Origin: an uncultured Chthonomonadaceae bacterium
Lineage (GTDB): Bacteria > Armatimonadota > Chthonomonadetes > Chthonomonadales > Chthonomonadaceae
Direction of reading: 5' to 3'
Length of the DNA: 64,000 bases
Assembly (NCBI GenBank): GCA_963817895.1
Contig: CAWFQB010000004.1
Location: 64,001 to 128,000, forward strand
Translations under genes and position numbers: made by a program
Notes under the pieces: model-generated
Seen by the model: only the letters and a program-made list of their open reading frames with translations
Told to the model about the DNA's origin: nothing
Databases searched by the model: none
In this document: one piece after another, positions 1 to 10,759 of the stretch
Layout: each line of letters begins with the position of its first letter
Numbering within the stretch: position 1 is the first letter of the stretch

Positions 1-917
1 TCCTCGCCACGCCGCATACGCTGTGCAATCGTGCTCCGCGCCTCCTCCGGCCTGCCAGTCTCTCGAAATAAGGCTTCTACACGCACGCTCATTCCACCAT
101 GCTTCACACCCTGCAAGGCCGCCAGTCCTGCACTCACAACGGCATACGGCGGCGAACCTGCCGACGCCACACAGCGAGCCGTAAACGAGGAGACATTGAG
201 TTCATGGTCAGCGCACAAAATCAGGGCTGCATCGAATAGCGCTGTGGCCTGTGGTTGGTCTGGAACCCAGGCGCGCTGCAACGTGGCAGCAATACCTTCC
301 TCTGCCGATACATTCTTCTGATTGGCAGCCAGCAAAGTCATGCGCCGCAGAATACGCGCACCCGTGAGCGCTACCTGTGCAGGACGGAAATCGTAGGCCG
401 CCAGATCATCTGTCGCCGCAAGAGGCAGGAGTGTCTGATAACGCTCCATTGGCGCGACATCGCGCAACAAAGGCATCATGGCTTCAACATGCGGCGACAT
501 TGGAGTAAGCGGCTGTGAAAAGAGGATATTCGCCTGCTTTGCGTCTCCTGTCCACAACAATGCTGCCACTTGCTCGACCGTGTTGTTTATCGCCAAGCCA
601 AGCGCATCCTGTCCCCGATAGTAGAAGCGCCCGTCCTCTATTAACGTCAGGGCCGAAGGCAGCATCGGCGTTCCCCAATGCAGGGCCGTATCTACCACTT
701 TTTGCGGATCACGCCGCATCTCCTGACGCTCTTTGAGCCGCTGCACATCTTCCGCATGATACCGGCGCGTCCGCTTGCTCGTATCCGCAAACTCCGACCG
801 CAGCAATCCACGGCTGACATACGAGTAGAGCGTGGGTAGACTGATGCCCAGTTCCTCCGCGACCTCCGACGCGCTCATGTACCCGATAACTTTCTGTTTT
901 GGCTTCTCTTTCTTCAC
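1..917 (-). CDS. HTH-citrate synthase family fusion protein (partial, runs off left edge)
   Basis: Not in the ORF track; manual translation gives MSASEVAEELGISLPTLYSYVSRGLLRS (HTH) followed by citrate-synthase motifs FYYRGQDA, CADHELNVSSFTARCVAS and LQGVKHGG. Start is GTG 917 or 929, or ATG 878. Confidence 0.85.
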   Translation of the reverse strand, partial: MKKEKPKQKVIGYMSASEVAEELGISLPTLYSYVSRGLLRSEFADTSKRTRRYHAEDVQRLKERQEMRRDPQKVVDTALHWGTPMLPSALTLIEDGRFYYRGQDALGLAINNTVEQVAALLWTGDAKQANILFSQPLTPMSPHVEAMMPLLRDVAPMERYQTLLPLAATDDLAAYDFRPAQVALTGARILRRMTLLAANQKNVSAEEGIAATLQRAWVPDQPQATALFDAALILCADHELNVSSFTARCVASAGSPPYAVVSAGLAALQGVKHGGMSVRVEALFRETGRPEEARSTIAQRMRRGE

Positions 918-936
918 CGCTTTGCTCACACATATA

Positions 937-984
937 TTGATTGTGGAATCAAGATTGACAATGGTTCTGCTGCTGGCCTATATT
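937..984 (+). promoter_or_regulatory. Palindromic operator plus sigma70-like promoter of the citrate synthase gene
   Basis: TTGATT-gtgg-AATCAA at 937-952, directly followed by TTGACA-N18-TATATT, between divergent genes. Confidence 0.55.
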
Positions 985-1025
985 GTAGCCGGAAGTACAT
1001 TCATGGCGCAAGAGGAGGAACAAGG

Positions 1026-2168
1026 ATGACAGCAACACAGGTGAAGACAGGCTTGGACGGAGTGATTGCCGCAGAAACACGCATCAGCGGCGTGGATGGA
1101 CAAGCGGGCGAGTTGATAATCGCCGGGTTTCCCGTCGAAGAACTGGCGGGACAAGCAACATTTGAGGAGGTCGTGTATTTACTCTGGCATGATGCGCTAC
1201 CCAATGCCGCCCAGGTTTCGGAGTTCAAGCAGGCGTTGGCGGGACACAGAACTCTGCCACAAATTACGCTGGATGTGCTGCAAGCGTCGGCAGCCAAAAA
1301 GATGCTCCCGATGGATGCGCTGCGGATGGCAGCCAGCACTCTCAATCTGGAAGCGGGGGAGGTTGAACATCTCGGTTCAGAACGTGAAGCAGCAATGCTC
1401 GTGGCGCGCTTTCCCACCATTGTCGCGGCTTACTGGCGACTGCTTAACGGCAAAACACCCCTTGCGCCCCAGCCTGATTTGAGTCATGCCGCCAACTACC
1501 TGTACATGTTGACGGGCGAGGAACCAACACAGGAACAGGCCCGTGCGCTCGACACCTACCTGAACACTGTTGTAGATCATGGCCTGAATGCTTCCACCTT
1601 TGCGTCCCGCGTCATCATCTCTACGCAATCCGATTTAGTATCCGCGATTGTTGGGGCTGTCGGCGCGCTCAAAGGGCCGCTGCATGGCGGCGCTCCCGGC
1701 CCTGCGTTGGACATGGTATTCGAGATTAGAACAGAGGAGCGCGCCGAATCCTACCTGCGGGAGAAACTGGAACGAGGAGAACGGCTGATGGGGTTCGGAC
1801 ATCGCATCTACAAAGTGCGCGATCCCAGAGCCGATGTGCTGGCGCGAGCGGCGCGGCAATTGTTCAGTACGGATGGCGACAAAGCCCTGTACGCTCTTGC
1901 GCTGCATGTGGAGCAGACAGCCTTGCGACTTTTGGAAGAATATAAACCGGGACGCGATTTGCAAACGAATGTGGAGTTTTATACAGCCTTGTTGCTGCAC
2001 GGCCTCGGCCTGCCGACAGAATTGTTCACGCCTACCTTTGCCATTGGACGTGTCGCCGGATGGATTGCACATTGTTTCGAGCAACAAAGCCTCAACCGCA
2101 TCATTCGTCCACAATCCGTGTACGTCGGTGAGCATGAGAGAAAATGGATGTCAGTGTTGGCGCGTTAA
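1026..2168 (+). CDS. Citrate / 2-methylcitrate synthase
   Basis: Motifs GLDGVIAAET, DHGLNASTF, GPLHGGA, GFGHRIY..RDPR, NVEFY and IIRP. Confidence 0.93.
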   Translation: MTATQVKTGLDGVIAAETRISGVDGQAGELIIAGFPVEELAGQATFEEVVYLLWHDALPNAAQVSEFKQALAGHRTLPQITLDVLQASAAKKMLPMDALRMAASTLNLEAGEVEHLGSEREAAMLVARFPTIVAAYWRLLNGKTPLAPQPDLSHAANYLYMLTGEEPTQEQARALDTYLNTVVDHGLNASTFASRVIISTQSDLVSAIVGAVGALKGPLHGGAPGPALDMVFEIRTEERAESYLREKLERGERLMGFGHRIYKVRDPRADVLARAARQLFSTDGDKALYALALHVEQTALRLLEEYKPGRDLQTNVEFYTALLLHGLGLPTELFTPTFAIGRVAGWIAHCFEQQSLNRIIRPQSVYVGEHERKWMSVLAR

Positions 2169-2192
2169 TTTCTTAACGATGAGACAGGCTTT

Positions 2193-2229
2193 TATTGGCC
2201 TGCACGAAAATTTTTCGTGCAGGCCAATA
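2193..2229. repeat. Perfect palindrome (18-bp arms, 1-nt loop); possible terminator or binding site
   Basis: TATTGGCCTGCACGAAAA-T-TTTTCGTGCAGGCCAATA, 25 bp after the citrate synthase stop. Confidence 0.8.
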
Positions 2230-2843
2230 CCAAGTTATTGTGCCCAGTGCTATGTGCTATGCTGTCGAAGCAAACACTCCACGTCCTCTCTCGCTACCCA
2301 CACTGTTCGATCAACTTCAGATTAGAGCAAACACCGCCGTTGCCGTTCCTGGCAGCGATCCCAACCCCAATACACATTTGTAAGCCCTAACCCGGTGTAT
2401 GGATAAAGCGTTCAGTCTCCGAGCGAACTATTTCTGTGGAACCGTTGACAAAGTGCTATCGTCCGTGTCATAAGAAAGCAGAATTATGTACGCCTATTTA
2501 CATCTACATTCTGTATGGGAGGCAGCAGACTGTGATCGGATGTTTCCTGTTTGCTCACGCGGGGATTGCTGTTGAAAGAACACGTTCTGTAAATCTATGG
2601 GGTGAGGCTTTCGCATTGTGTGGCCCAGACAATACGCTTTTGGTAGTCACGGAGGAAGCGGCTCAATTCGGAGTGCGCGCTGGGCAGACATCCTCCTCGG
2701 CACGGGCACTTTGTTCGGGGCTGATTATTCTGCCTTACGACCGAGCAGCCTACGAAACGGCAATGCAAATAGCGGAATGTGTCAAGGATTTTGAGACAAA
2801 AAGCGAAAGTATTTTTATGTAGCGAGCAGTCATTCCTCGCCAC

Positions 2844-3870
2844 TCAACCGGCAACCGGTGCTGTGCCTTCGCCAACGGGCAACGCAGGCGCATTGATCCA
2901 GACGACGTTGGGTAACTGCCCCGCCTGCGGACGCTCTCGAAAGCGTTGCGGATGCGCGGCATAGGCGTTATCTAACGTGACTTGCCGCTGCGCCAATACC
3001 TGCGTTGCTTCGCCGAAATGCACCTGTTCGGGCGTAAGCAACACCAAGCCGGTATGGTGGTGGCACGTATTGTACCCGACAAAGTAGTCCTGGCAGAACG
3101 TCTGCGCGTCTTCCTGGCTGCTAAAGCGCTCCGGGAAGTAGGCGCTGTACTTCATCGTTTTGAACCCGGCTTCCGAGTACGGGTTGTCGTTGCTGACACG
3201 CGGGCGGCTGTGCGAACGGGTCACCTGCAACGAAAGTAAGAGCTGCGCTACCGACTGGCTTTTCATCGGCCCGCCGCGATCCGCATGGAGGGTGAGTTGG
3301 TTAGGCGCGATGTTGTATTTACGACAGGTTTCTTGCAGCAGCTTGTGCGCCAGGTATTGACACTCCCGGTCTGCGAGCATCCAGCCGACCACATAACGAC
3401 TGTAGATGTCCATAACCACATATAAGTAATAGAAGCGACCCCGAATGGGCGTCTTCAAGTAGGTGATGTCCCATGTCCACACCTGATTAGGGCCGGTTGC
3501 CTTAAGTTCAGGTTTGCTATACGCCGGATGCCTGCGAACCCGCCGACGCTCACAGATGGCTTGGTGTTCGTGCAGCAGGCGATACATCGTGCGATAGGAA
3601 GCGTGATACACGCCTTCTTGCAGCAATTGCGCATACACCTGCCGGGGCGAAGCGTCTACAAAGCGTTCCGACAAGAGTAGATTGAGCAACAGGGCGCGTT
3701 CCTCTTCCGACAAGCGGCGAGGAGAACCCCGTTGTGCTTTTGGGAACAAGGACGCCTTCTTGGATTGTGCCCGTACCAGCGTGTTGCTCCCGGTAGAAGC
3801 GGGCGCGGCTCAGTTGCACCGCATCACAGGCGCGGCCAATCCCGGTCGTTGCGCCCGCTTCGGCAACCAG
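2844..3870 (-). CDS. IS3-family transposase OrfB (DDE/rve), frameshift near 3760
   Basis: PNQVWTWDITY, DIYSRYVVGW, HADRG and NDNPYSEAGFKTMK. The N-terminal GIGRACDAVQLSRARFYR lies in another frame. Confidence 0.9.
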
Positions 3871-3872
3871 GC

Positions 3873-4319
3873 TTATTCGGGCGGCGTTTCTTCCAGTGTC
3901 AGGTCGAGCAAGGCCGCTACTTTTTTTTGGAGTTCCAGCAGAACGCGCAGTTTCTGGTTCTCGGTTTCCAGAGCGGCCATCCTGCGGGCATCGCGTTGGC
4001 GGGCGGCTTCTTTGTCTTTGCGCTGCTTCTGCGCCTGGGCAGAGTTCTTCTCGCCCAACTGACCCGCCTCGCGCAGTTTGCGGAAGTTGGCAAGCGTGGA
4101 GGAGTACAGCCCTTCGCGGCGAAGCAGCGCCCCCAACTCTCCCGGCTTGACGCAGGCGTCGGCTTCTTTAAGGATGCGCAGCTTGTACGCAGCGGTAAAG
4201 CGGCGGCGCGTGGGGCGCGTTTGCACCTGCGCCTCCGGGCGCAGCGCGGGGGAGGGCGCGCTGTGGTGTCCATTGTTGGTGAGGCGAGTGGTTGGGCTGT
4301 CTGTCAACGGCGTATTCAT
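3873..4319 (-). CDS. IS3-family transposase OrfA (HTH)
   Basis: RRRFTAAYKLRILKEAD..GALLRREGLYSSTL followed by a coiled coil ending LLELQKKV. Confidence 0.88.
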   Translation of the reverse strand: MNTPLTDSPTTRLTNNGHHSAPSPALRPEAQVQTRPTRRRFTAAYKLRILKEADACVKPGELGALLRREGLYSSTLANFRKLREAGQLGEKNSAQAQKQRKDKEAARQRDARRMAALETENQKLRVLLELQKKVAALLDLTLEETPPE

Positions 4320-5580
4320 CTGAGAAATCCATTCTCCGCCCTGGCGATCTACACTATTTCGTGTACGGGATTTTGTCTCAACCTATTGTGGCACACAGGG
4401 TAGTCTGGAATGCACTTGGAGTAGAGTCTTCAGTTGTTGAGCCTGTCAGCCCAGAGGTGGCTTATGTGGAGTTCACAGGCTTAAACATCTTCGAGCGCAC
4501 CCGCGATCTTGCCAACGAACTTGCCGCCCGCATTCGCATTACTGTTCAGGTTGGGTTGGCTCGCACGAAAATGGCGGCTTACAACGCTGCTCTGCAATCC
4601 CACAATAATCAAGTGGTGGTGGTTCCTGCCGGGATGGAGGCGGAACTTCTCGCCCCAGTTCCGATAGCAGAAGTGCCACAAATTGATACGAAACTCTGCA
4701 AGGCGTTACAGCGCCTCGGCGTCCACACATTAGGCGATCTCCTCAACTTGCCGTCGCGTGAACTTCAACGCCAGTTCAAGGGGAAAGGTATTTGGTTGCA
4801 GCGATTGGCAAGCGGTGAGGATGGCGACCGTGTACGTGCGCTGTGGCCTCCTCGACGTGTGAGATGCGGAGTTGACTTTGACTATGAGGTGTACAACGTA
4901 ATCGCCGTCGAGCAAACCATACGCCAATGTGCTGCAAACATCGCCGCCTCCCTCATGCGTGAGAGGGAATTTGCCCGGTCTCTAACCCTCCGTGTGCGAT
5001 TAGCGGATGATAGCCATATTCAGGATGACGCTCAACTGTATACGCCCATAGACAACGAGGCTGGCGTGTACCGAATTGCTGTCCGGCTGCTCCGCAAACT
5101 ACCTGTCAATCAACCTGTCATCGGCTTGGAAATAGAGGCCGGGAACTTAGGTACGGGTAGCGGAATTCAGATGGCTCTCTTTGATACTAACGAGAGCGGG
5201 CTTGGCTATCCACATGAAAGACGGCAGCGATTAGACGACACTCTGGGCTATATTCGTGGGCGTTTTGGGATTGCAGCCGTTGTTCCTCTGCGGCTTTTAT
5301 CGCAAGCGCGCCGCATCCATCTATGGACATATCCTTTAGGCCATCTCCTCTGTGAACCCGTGGAAGTAGCGACGACCCGCAAAGGAACGCCGGTAAGATA
5401 TTGGCGGCGCGGGCAACAGTACGAAGTTGTAGGCGTCCATGACCGCTGGCGCGAGTCCGAAGCCGTGTGGCACGAACTTATAGAGAGCATCACCTACCGT
5501 GTGGAAACTGATCCCCCGCCTGGCTTTTACGAACTGAACAAGATCGGCAAACAATGGCGGGTTGTGGGGTTGTCAGACTG

Positions 5581-8500
5581 ATGTTTATTCACCTTCATGT
5601 ACATTCTCCATACTCTTTTCTTGACGGCGCGAGTGACATTGAGAGCCTTGTCCGCCGCGCCGCCTCGTTTGGTATGCCTGCCCTTGCTCTCACCGATCAT
5701 GACAGCGTTGCCGCCGCCGTCAAGTTTGTATCCTGTTGTCAGCAGTACAGCATCCATCCGATTTTGGGCGCTGAAGTGACGATGGAGGACGAGAGCCATC
5801 TTACGCTTCTGGCCCAGAACCGCGCCGGGTACACAAACCTCTGTCGCCTTCTGACTTCTTCTTATGTGAACGGCGGAAGACTTACGCCGCGCCTGCCGTG
5901 GAAGGCCCTGCCTGATTATGCCAGCGGTTTGTTCTGTCTCTCAGGATGCCGAAGGGGATTGGTGTCGGCTCATGTTCGGGAACATCGTTATGAGCAGGCA
6001 AAGGAAGTGGCGGCGCGGCTCAAGGGATGGTTTGGGTCTGAACATTTCTTCATTGAGTTGCAGGACGATCTAACTCCTGGCAGCCATCGGGTCTGTCACG
6101 ATTTGGTTGAACTTGCCGAACATATTGGTGTCGGAGTGGTCGCCACGAACAATGTCCATCACGCAGATCGGGTAGATTACATAACTTGGGACGTTCTTCG
6201 TATCATTGCGACAGGCGGTACTTCCGAACAAGTCCATCCAGACCGCCCCTTTAATGCTGAACGCTTCTTGAAGTCGCCGCATTCCATGTCTGCTCTATTC
6301 GCGTGGTGCCCAGAGGCCGTAGCGAACACACATCGTATCGCCGAAGTATGTGAATTGGCATTGCCGATGGGAGAGGAAATCACGCCCCGGTTCAGCATTC
6401 CAGAAGCCCACAATGACTCCCATGCGTATCTTCGTCACCTCACCTATAAAGGCGCGCAAGCCCGCTATAAAACGCTTACTCCGAAGATTATCTCTCGACT
6501 AGAACATGAACTCGATGTAATCTGTACGCTTGGTTTTGCGGACTACATGCTCCTGTGCTGGGACATTGTGAGGTGGGCTAGAAAACAAGGTATCAGAGCG
6601 ACAGGCAGGGGATCGGCGGCGGATAGTTGTGTGGCGTTTTCCTTGATGCTCACCGATGTAGACGTGATCCAACGACAACTTCCCTTCGCACGCTTCTTGG
6701 TTCCCGGCAAGACGCCTGACGTTGATGTAGACTTCCCCTCTGACAGGCGCGATGACGTTTTCCGCCACATCATCGAAAAGTATGGAGAAGATCATGTTGG
6801 GATGTGCTGTACCTTCCACACATACTGGGCGCGGTCAGCAGTTCGGGACGTTGGCAAAGCAATGGGACTGCCGAAGGATGCTGTGGAAATTCTTTCCGAC
6901 CGGCTGGCAGGTTTTGTGCGAGCGGATCAGATTGAGGAAGCATTCGACTGCTACGCCGAGTTAAAGCCATTCCAAAACTACAAAGAACGGTTCCGGCTCT
7001 TGTTCTTACTGTGTTCTCGTATCGCGGGTTTTCCACGCCACATCGGAACGCACTCCTCCGGCGTTGTCATCTCGCGAGTTCCGTTGTCCACGATTGCCCC
7101 ATTACAGCCGAGTGCGCGCGGCCTCACTCAAATCTGGACGCTGGACAAAGACGACGCCGAGGCAGTCGGTGGGATCAAATTTGATGTTTTATCTCTCCGC
7201 GCGCTGTCGGCTGTTGGGGATGCGGAAAAGGACATCGCACGCGTTGATCCTGCTTTCCATTATGACCGCATACCGCTCAATGACAAGGCCACCTATCAGA
7301 TGATCCAGAGCGGAAAAGCCGTTGGAACGTTTCAGTTGGAGAGTGCCGCGCAGATGTCGCTCGCCACGACACTCCATCCCACCAATTTTGAACATCTGGT
7401 AGCCTCCGTTGCCCTCATTCGTCCTGGGCCGATCCGTGGTAATGCTGTCAGGCGGTATGTCGCTGCCCGCAATGGATGGTCGCGCATGGACGTGCTGCAT
7501 CCATGCTTGGCCCCACTACTTGCCAAAACGTATGGGGTAATAGTTTTTCAAGAGCAAGTGAATGATGTATTCGCCGCCATAACCGGGTGTAACGATGCTC
7601 AGGCGGATGCACTTCGGAAGGCCCTCACCAAGCACGCAAAGATGGGCACTATGGATCAGGCCCGTGAGGAGTTCGTGAGCCGCGCACGCACGCGCCATCC
7701 CGATCTATCACCGGAAAAAGCACATCTTCTATTCGACCAACTTGAAGGGTGGAGCGGCTTGGGATTTATTGAGGGCCATGCTGCTGCCTTTGCTTTGACA
7801 GGCTACAAGACGGCCCACCTATCTGTTCATCATGTTGCCGAGTTCTATGCTGCGCTTCTCAATCACATGCCAATGGGCTACTTCAATGCGAACTCGTATG
7901 CGGCAGAAGCAAGGCGGAGAGGTGTTCAAATATTGCCCGTGGACATCAACGCAAGCGGGGATAAATCTTATGCTGAACGTCCTGATGCGATCCGATTGGG
8001 ATTGCGGCTCGTGGCGGAGATGCGGGAACAGGACATTGCAGCCATTGTTCAGCAGCGAGCGGAAAATGGTCTTTTCCGCTCGCTGCTGGAATTCTGTGTA
8101 AGAGTGCCATTGCCCAAGAATGTTGTTGAAAACCTGGTTTTGTGTGGGGCGTTTGAAAGTCTTCACCCTCAACGCCGGGGACTGTTGTGGCGGCTGGATG
8201 AAACCCTGGCCCTGGCAAATACATTACGGGCCGGGATGAGTTCGTCAGGACAAGAAACCTTTGCCTTTGGAGATATGGAAAATGTAGTAACTCCCGCAGC
8301 GTATAACATTGAGGAGTTTTCGCCGTGGGAAGCCTACATGTGGACATGGAGGATCACAGGTGTTGCTGCGGACTGTCACCCAATGGCTCATATTCGAGAG
8401 CAGTTGCAACGATGGCGTATTCTCACCACGCAAGAAGCAGAGCAACAGAAGAACGGCGTGCTTGTAACAGTTGCAGGGATCAACATTCGGCCCCACCGCC

Positions 8501-8811
8501 CGCCGACGAGGAGTGGACGTTCTGTTTTGTTTTCTACCATTGAAGATGAATTCGGCTTCGTCCAAGTGGTATGTTTGGGTGATGCGCTCGAAGCCTGTAC
8601 CCCAGTCTTCTTATTGTCACCGGCTGTAATCGTTCGTGGAATTGTTGAGCGGCATGGGAGTGGAGTGTCGTTGCGAGTGGAGCGGGTCAAACCTTTGTAC
8701 ATGAGTCTTGGATATGAAGATCAAAGGCACCTTGTAACCGACATACTTACAGATAAAAACAAGGATAGAAGGCGTCCTGCCAACGCCCCGGCGAGCAGTA
8801 GTGTCTCGTAA
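5581..8811 (+). CDS. dnaE2: Error-prone DNA polymerase III alpha subunit
   Basis: PHP motif HLHVHSPYSFLDG, GRGSAA, catalytic PDVDVDF and KFDVL, OB-fold RPHRPPT; follows imuB. Confidence 0.92.
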   Translation: MFIHLHVHSPYSFLDGASDIESLVRRAASFGMPALALTDHDSVAAAVKFVSCCQQYSIHPILGAEVTMEDESHLTLLAQNRAGYTNLCRLLTSSYVNGGRLTPRLPWKALPDYASGLFCLSGCRRGLVSAHVREHRYEQAKEVAARLKGWFGSEHFFIELQDDLTPGSHRVCHDLVELAEHIGVGVVATNNVHHADRVDYITWDVLRIIATGGTSEQVHPDRPFNAERFLKSPHSMSALFAWCPEAVANTHRIAEVCELALPMGEEITPRFSIPEAHNDSHAYLRHLTYKGAQARYKTLTPKIISRLEHELDVICTLGFADYMLLCWDIVRWARKQGIRATGRGSAADSCVAFSLMLTDVDVIQRQLPFARFLVPGKTPDVDVDFPSDRRDDVFRHIIEKYGEDHVGMCCTFHTYWARSAVRDVGKAMGLPKDAVEILSDRLAGFVRADQIEEAFDCYAELKPFQNYKERFRLLFLLCSRIAGFPRHIGTHSSGVVISRVPLSTIAPLQPSARGLTQIWTLDKDDAEAVGGIKFDVLSLRALSAVGDAEKDIARVDPAFHYDRIPLNDKATYQMIQSGKAVGTFQLESAAQMSLATTLHPTNFEHLVASVALIRPGPIRGNAVRRYVAARNGWSRMDVLHPCLAPLLAKTYGVIVFQEQVNDVFAAITGCNDAQADALRKALTKHAKMGTMDQAREEFVSRARTRHPDLSPEKAHLLFDQLEGWSGLGFIEGHAAAFALTGYKTAHLSVHHVAEFYAALLNHMPMGYFNANSYAAEARRRGVQILPVDINASGDKSYAERPDAIRLGLRLVAEMREQDIAAIVQQRAENGLFRSLLEFCVRVPLPKNVVENLVLCGAFESLHPQRRGLLWRLDETLALANTLRAGMSSSGQETFAFGDMENVVTPAAYNIEEFSPWEAYMWTWRITGVAADCHPMAHIREQLQRWRILTTQEAEQQKNGVLVTVAGINIRPHRPPTRSGRSVLFSTIEDEFGFVQVVCLGDALEACTPVFLLSPAVIVRGIVERHGSGVSLRVERVKPLYMSLGYEDQRHLVTDILTDKNKDRRRPANAPASSSVS

Positions 8812-8926
8812 CAAGAACATAACCGACATTAACGGTAATCACCTTCTCTATTTCAAGCCCACGCCTGGAGGCGAACAGTGATGACACGCATTACCGTTGG
8901 TGGGCTTGACCTATAACATGAAAGCG

Positions 8927-8949
8927 CCACGCGGAAAATTTCCGCGTGG
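8927..8949. terminator. Palindrome between convergent genes
   Basis: CCACGCGGAAA-A-TTTCCGCGTGG followed by TTTATT. Confidence 0.65.
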
Positions 8950-8973
8950 TTTATTCGTTCATGCCCACCAGCG

Positions 8974-10056
8974 TTAGGCCAGAGGCACACTCACTTCAAT
9001 CCTCGTCCCCTGGCCCGGCGTACAGGTGAGATGGCACTCCCCACCGATCTCTCTGGCACGTTCGCGCATACTGGTTATGCCGAAGCCACCACCTTGCGCG
9101 GGAGCCTGCGGATCGAAACCGACACCATCATCGTGTATGTGCAATTGCACCTGACCGGGAGCGAAGATAAGGTACAGGGTAATCTGGCTGGCCTGGGCGT
9201 ACTTGAGGGCGTTAGTAAGGGCTTCCTGAGCAATCCGGTAAAGATGGCTTTCCACCTCCGGCAACAGGAACACGGGCGTACCGTGCCGCTCACACTGAAC
9301 AGGGATGCCGCTGTCGGCAGTCGTCTGCTCGGCGAGTTGAAATAAAGCGGAGGGCAGGTCTGCGCCTTGCAGGGCATGAGGCCGCAACGCCTGCACTGTC
9401 CGTCGCGTTTCTGCCAAACTTTCGCGGGCGATGTCACAAGCGCGGAGAATACGGGGGCGAGCCTCCTGCGGAGCCGTATCGAGCAAGTCTTCGGCTACCA
9501 TGAGTTGCAGCACTATTGCCGTTAGCCCCCCTGCCAGCGTGTCATGTAACTCGTGCGCCATACGGCTGCGTTCACGCATGAGGGTAATCTGGCGCTCGTG
9601 TTGCAGACGCAATGCCTCTGCCGCTTCTCGATGGACTTCCGCTTCATGCGTCGCGGTACGGTCGCGTAAAATCTTGATGTAGCCGCGCAGAGTGCCCGCC
9701 TCATCACGCAGGGCATGAAGGATACCGCTGGCCCAGAAGCGGCAGCCATCTTTGCGAAGATGCCAGCGCTCATCTTCGGCGCGTCCTTCCGTGCGGGCTT
9801 GGCCCATCTCCTGCCCCGGCGCACCCTGCTGTCGGTCTTCGGGCGTGAAGATAATGGCCCCGGATTGTCCCAGGGCTTCGCTGGTGGTATAGCCCAAGAT
9901 ACGCTGCGCTCCCACATTCCAACTGGTGATGCGCCCTTCATTATCGAAGGTGAAAATGGCGTAGTCCGTAACGCATTCCTCAATCAAGCGCAACCGCTCG
10001 CCATCGCTGACGCTCTGTGGCTCCTCGAAGCCGGAAACAACCTTTGTGGGAGCCAA
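8974..10056 (-). CDS. PAS-domain sensor histidine kinase (HisKA_3 type)
   Basis: PAS/PAC (WNVGAQRILGY, ERWHLRKDG), H-box ERSRMAHELHD, QEALTNALKY, DDGVGF. Confidence 0.9.
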   Translation of the reverse strand: MAPTKVVSGFEEPQSVSDGERLRLIEECVTDYAIFTFDNEGRITSWNVGAQRILGYTTSEALGQSGAIIFTPEDRQQGAPGQEMGQARTEGRAEDERWHLRKDGCRFWASGILHALRDEAGTLRGYIKILRDRTATHEAEVHREAAEALRLQHERQITLMRERSRMAHELHDTLAGGLTAIVLQLMVAEDLLDTAPQEARPRILRACDIARESLAETRRTVQALRPHALQGADLPSALFQLAEQTTADSGIPVQCERHGTPVFLLPEVESHLYRIAQEALTNALKYAQASQITLYLIFAPGQVQLHIHDDGVGFDPQAPAQGGGFGITSMRERAREIGGECHLTCTPGQGTRIEVSVPLA

Positions 10057-10349
10057 TATGATCTTCTTTCATCGGGCAAGGCGTTTGCAGGGCTGATGCC
10101 TCGCAACTATACCTAATGGTCTACTGTACCACGCTTTTCGAGTTTAATCGGCATAAAGGCAGTTTAAGAAACATGCCGAAGGGTATAGGCACACAACACC
10201 GCAGGATACGTCTTGTAGGGCATAATCATAGGGTTATCGTCAATGCCTCGTATGAAGACATACAGGAGTATCGCAGAGCGTGCGGGGCAAGAGCAAGACC
10301 GTGTGGGTGAGAATGAAAGGTGCAAGGCCCGTGGTTGGATAGGAAAGAC

Positions 10350-10739
10350 GTGATTCGTATTTTGATTGCAGACGATCATCCGGTCGTGCGCGAAGGCTTG
10401 CTCGCCTTGCTCTCCCGCGCCGAAGCCATGCAGGTAGTGGCAGAAGCCAGCAACGGTGCAGAAGCCGTGGAGTTGTTCCGTCAGCATCAACCCGATGTGG
10501 TGCTGATGGACTTGCGAATGCCTGTGATGAATGGCGTAGAGGCAACGGCAGCCATCTGCCGAGAGTTCCCCGATGCTCGTATTGTGTTGCTGACCACTTC
10601 GGAAGCCCCACTTGACATTCGAGACGCGCTGCGCGCCGGAGCGAAGCGGTATCTGGTGAAGGGTGGGGAACGTGAGGAACTGCTGGAAACGATCCGGGCC
10701 GTTTATGTGGATGCGCCAGAAGGTTCGCATGGGAAGTAA
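10350..10739 (+). CDS. NarL-type response regulator, receiver domain only
   Basis: IRILIADDHPVVREG and DVVLMDLRMP; ends without a LuxR HTH. Confidence 0.85.
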   Translation: MIRILIADDHPVVREGLLALLSRAEAMQVVAEASNGAEAVELFRQHQPDVVLMDLRMPVMNGVEATAAICREFPDARIVLLTTSEAPLDIRDALRAGAKRYLVKGGEREELLETIRAVYVDAPEGSHGK

Positions 10740-10759
10740 CAGTTTCGCCTTGACGTGGT

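Larger units (their letters stand above)
2773..4400 (-). mobile_element. IS3-family insertion sequence (1628 bp)
   Basis: Flanked by a TAG duplication (2770-2772 and 4401-4403). Imperfect terminal IRs share TGTG..TTGAGACAAAA. Carries orfA and orfB. Confidence 0.88.
2532..5581 (+). pseudogene. imuB: ImuB-like inactive Y-family polymerase interrupted by an IS
   Basis: N part 2532-2772 (AAQFGVRAGQ, LCSGLIILPYD) and C part 4404-5581 (VEPVSPEVAYVEF, LQRLGVHTLGDL) rejoin in frame as ..MQIVWNAL.., 472 aa. DinB catalytic acidic residues are absent. Its stop overlaps the dnaE2 start. Confidence 0.85.

Noticed and set aside
2420..2590. LexA box for imuB
   Set aside because: Candidates GAATTATGTAC and AGAACACGTTCT have wrong half-site spacing, and the latter lies within the CDS.
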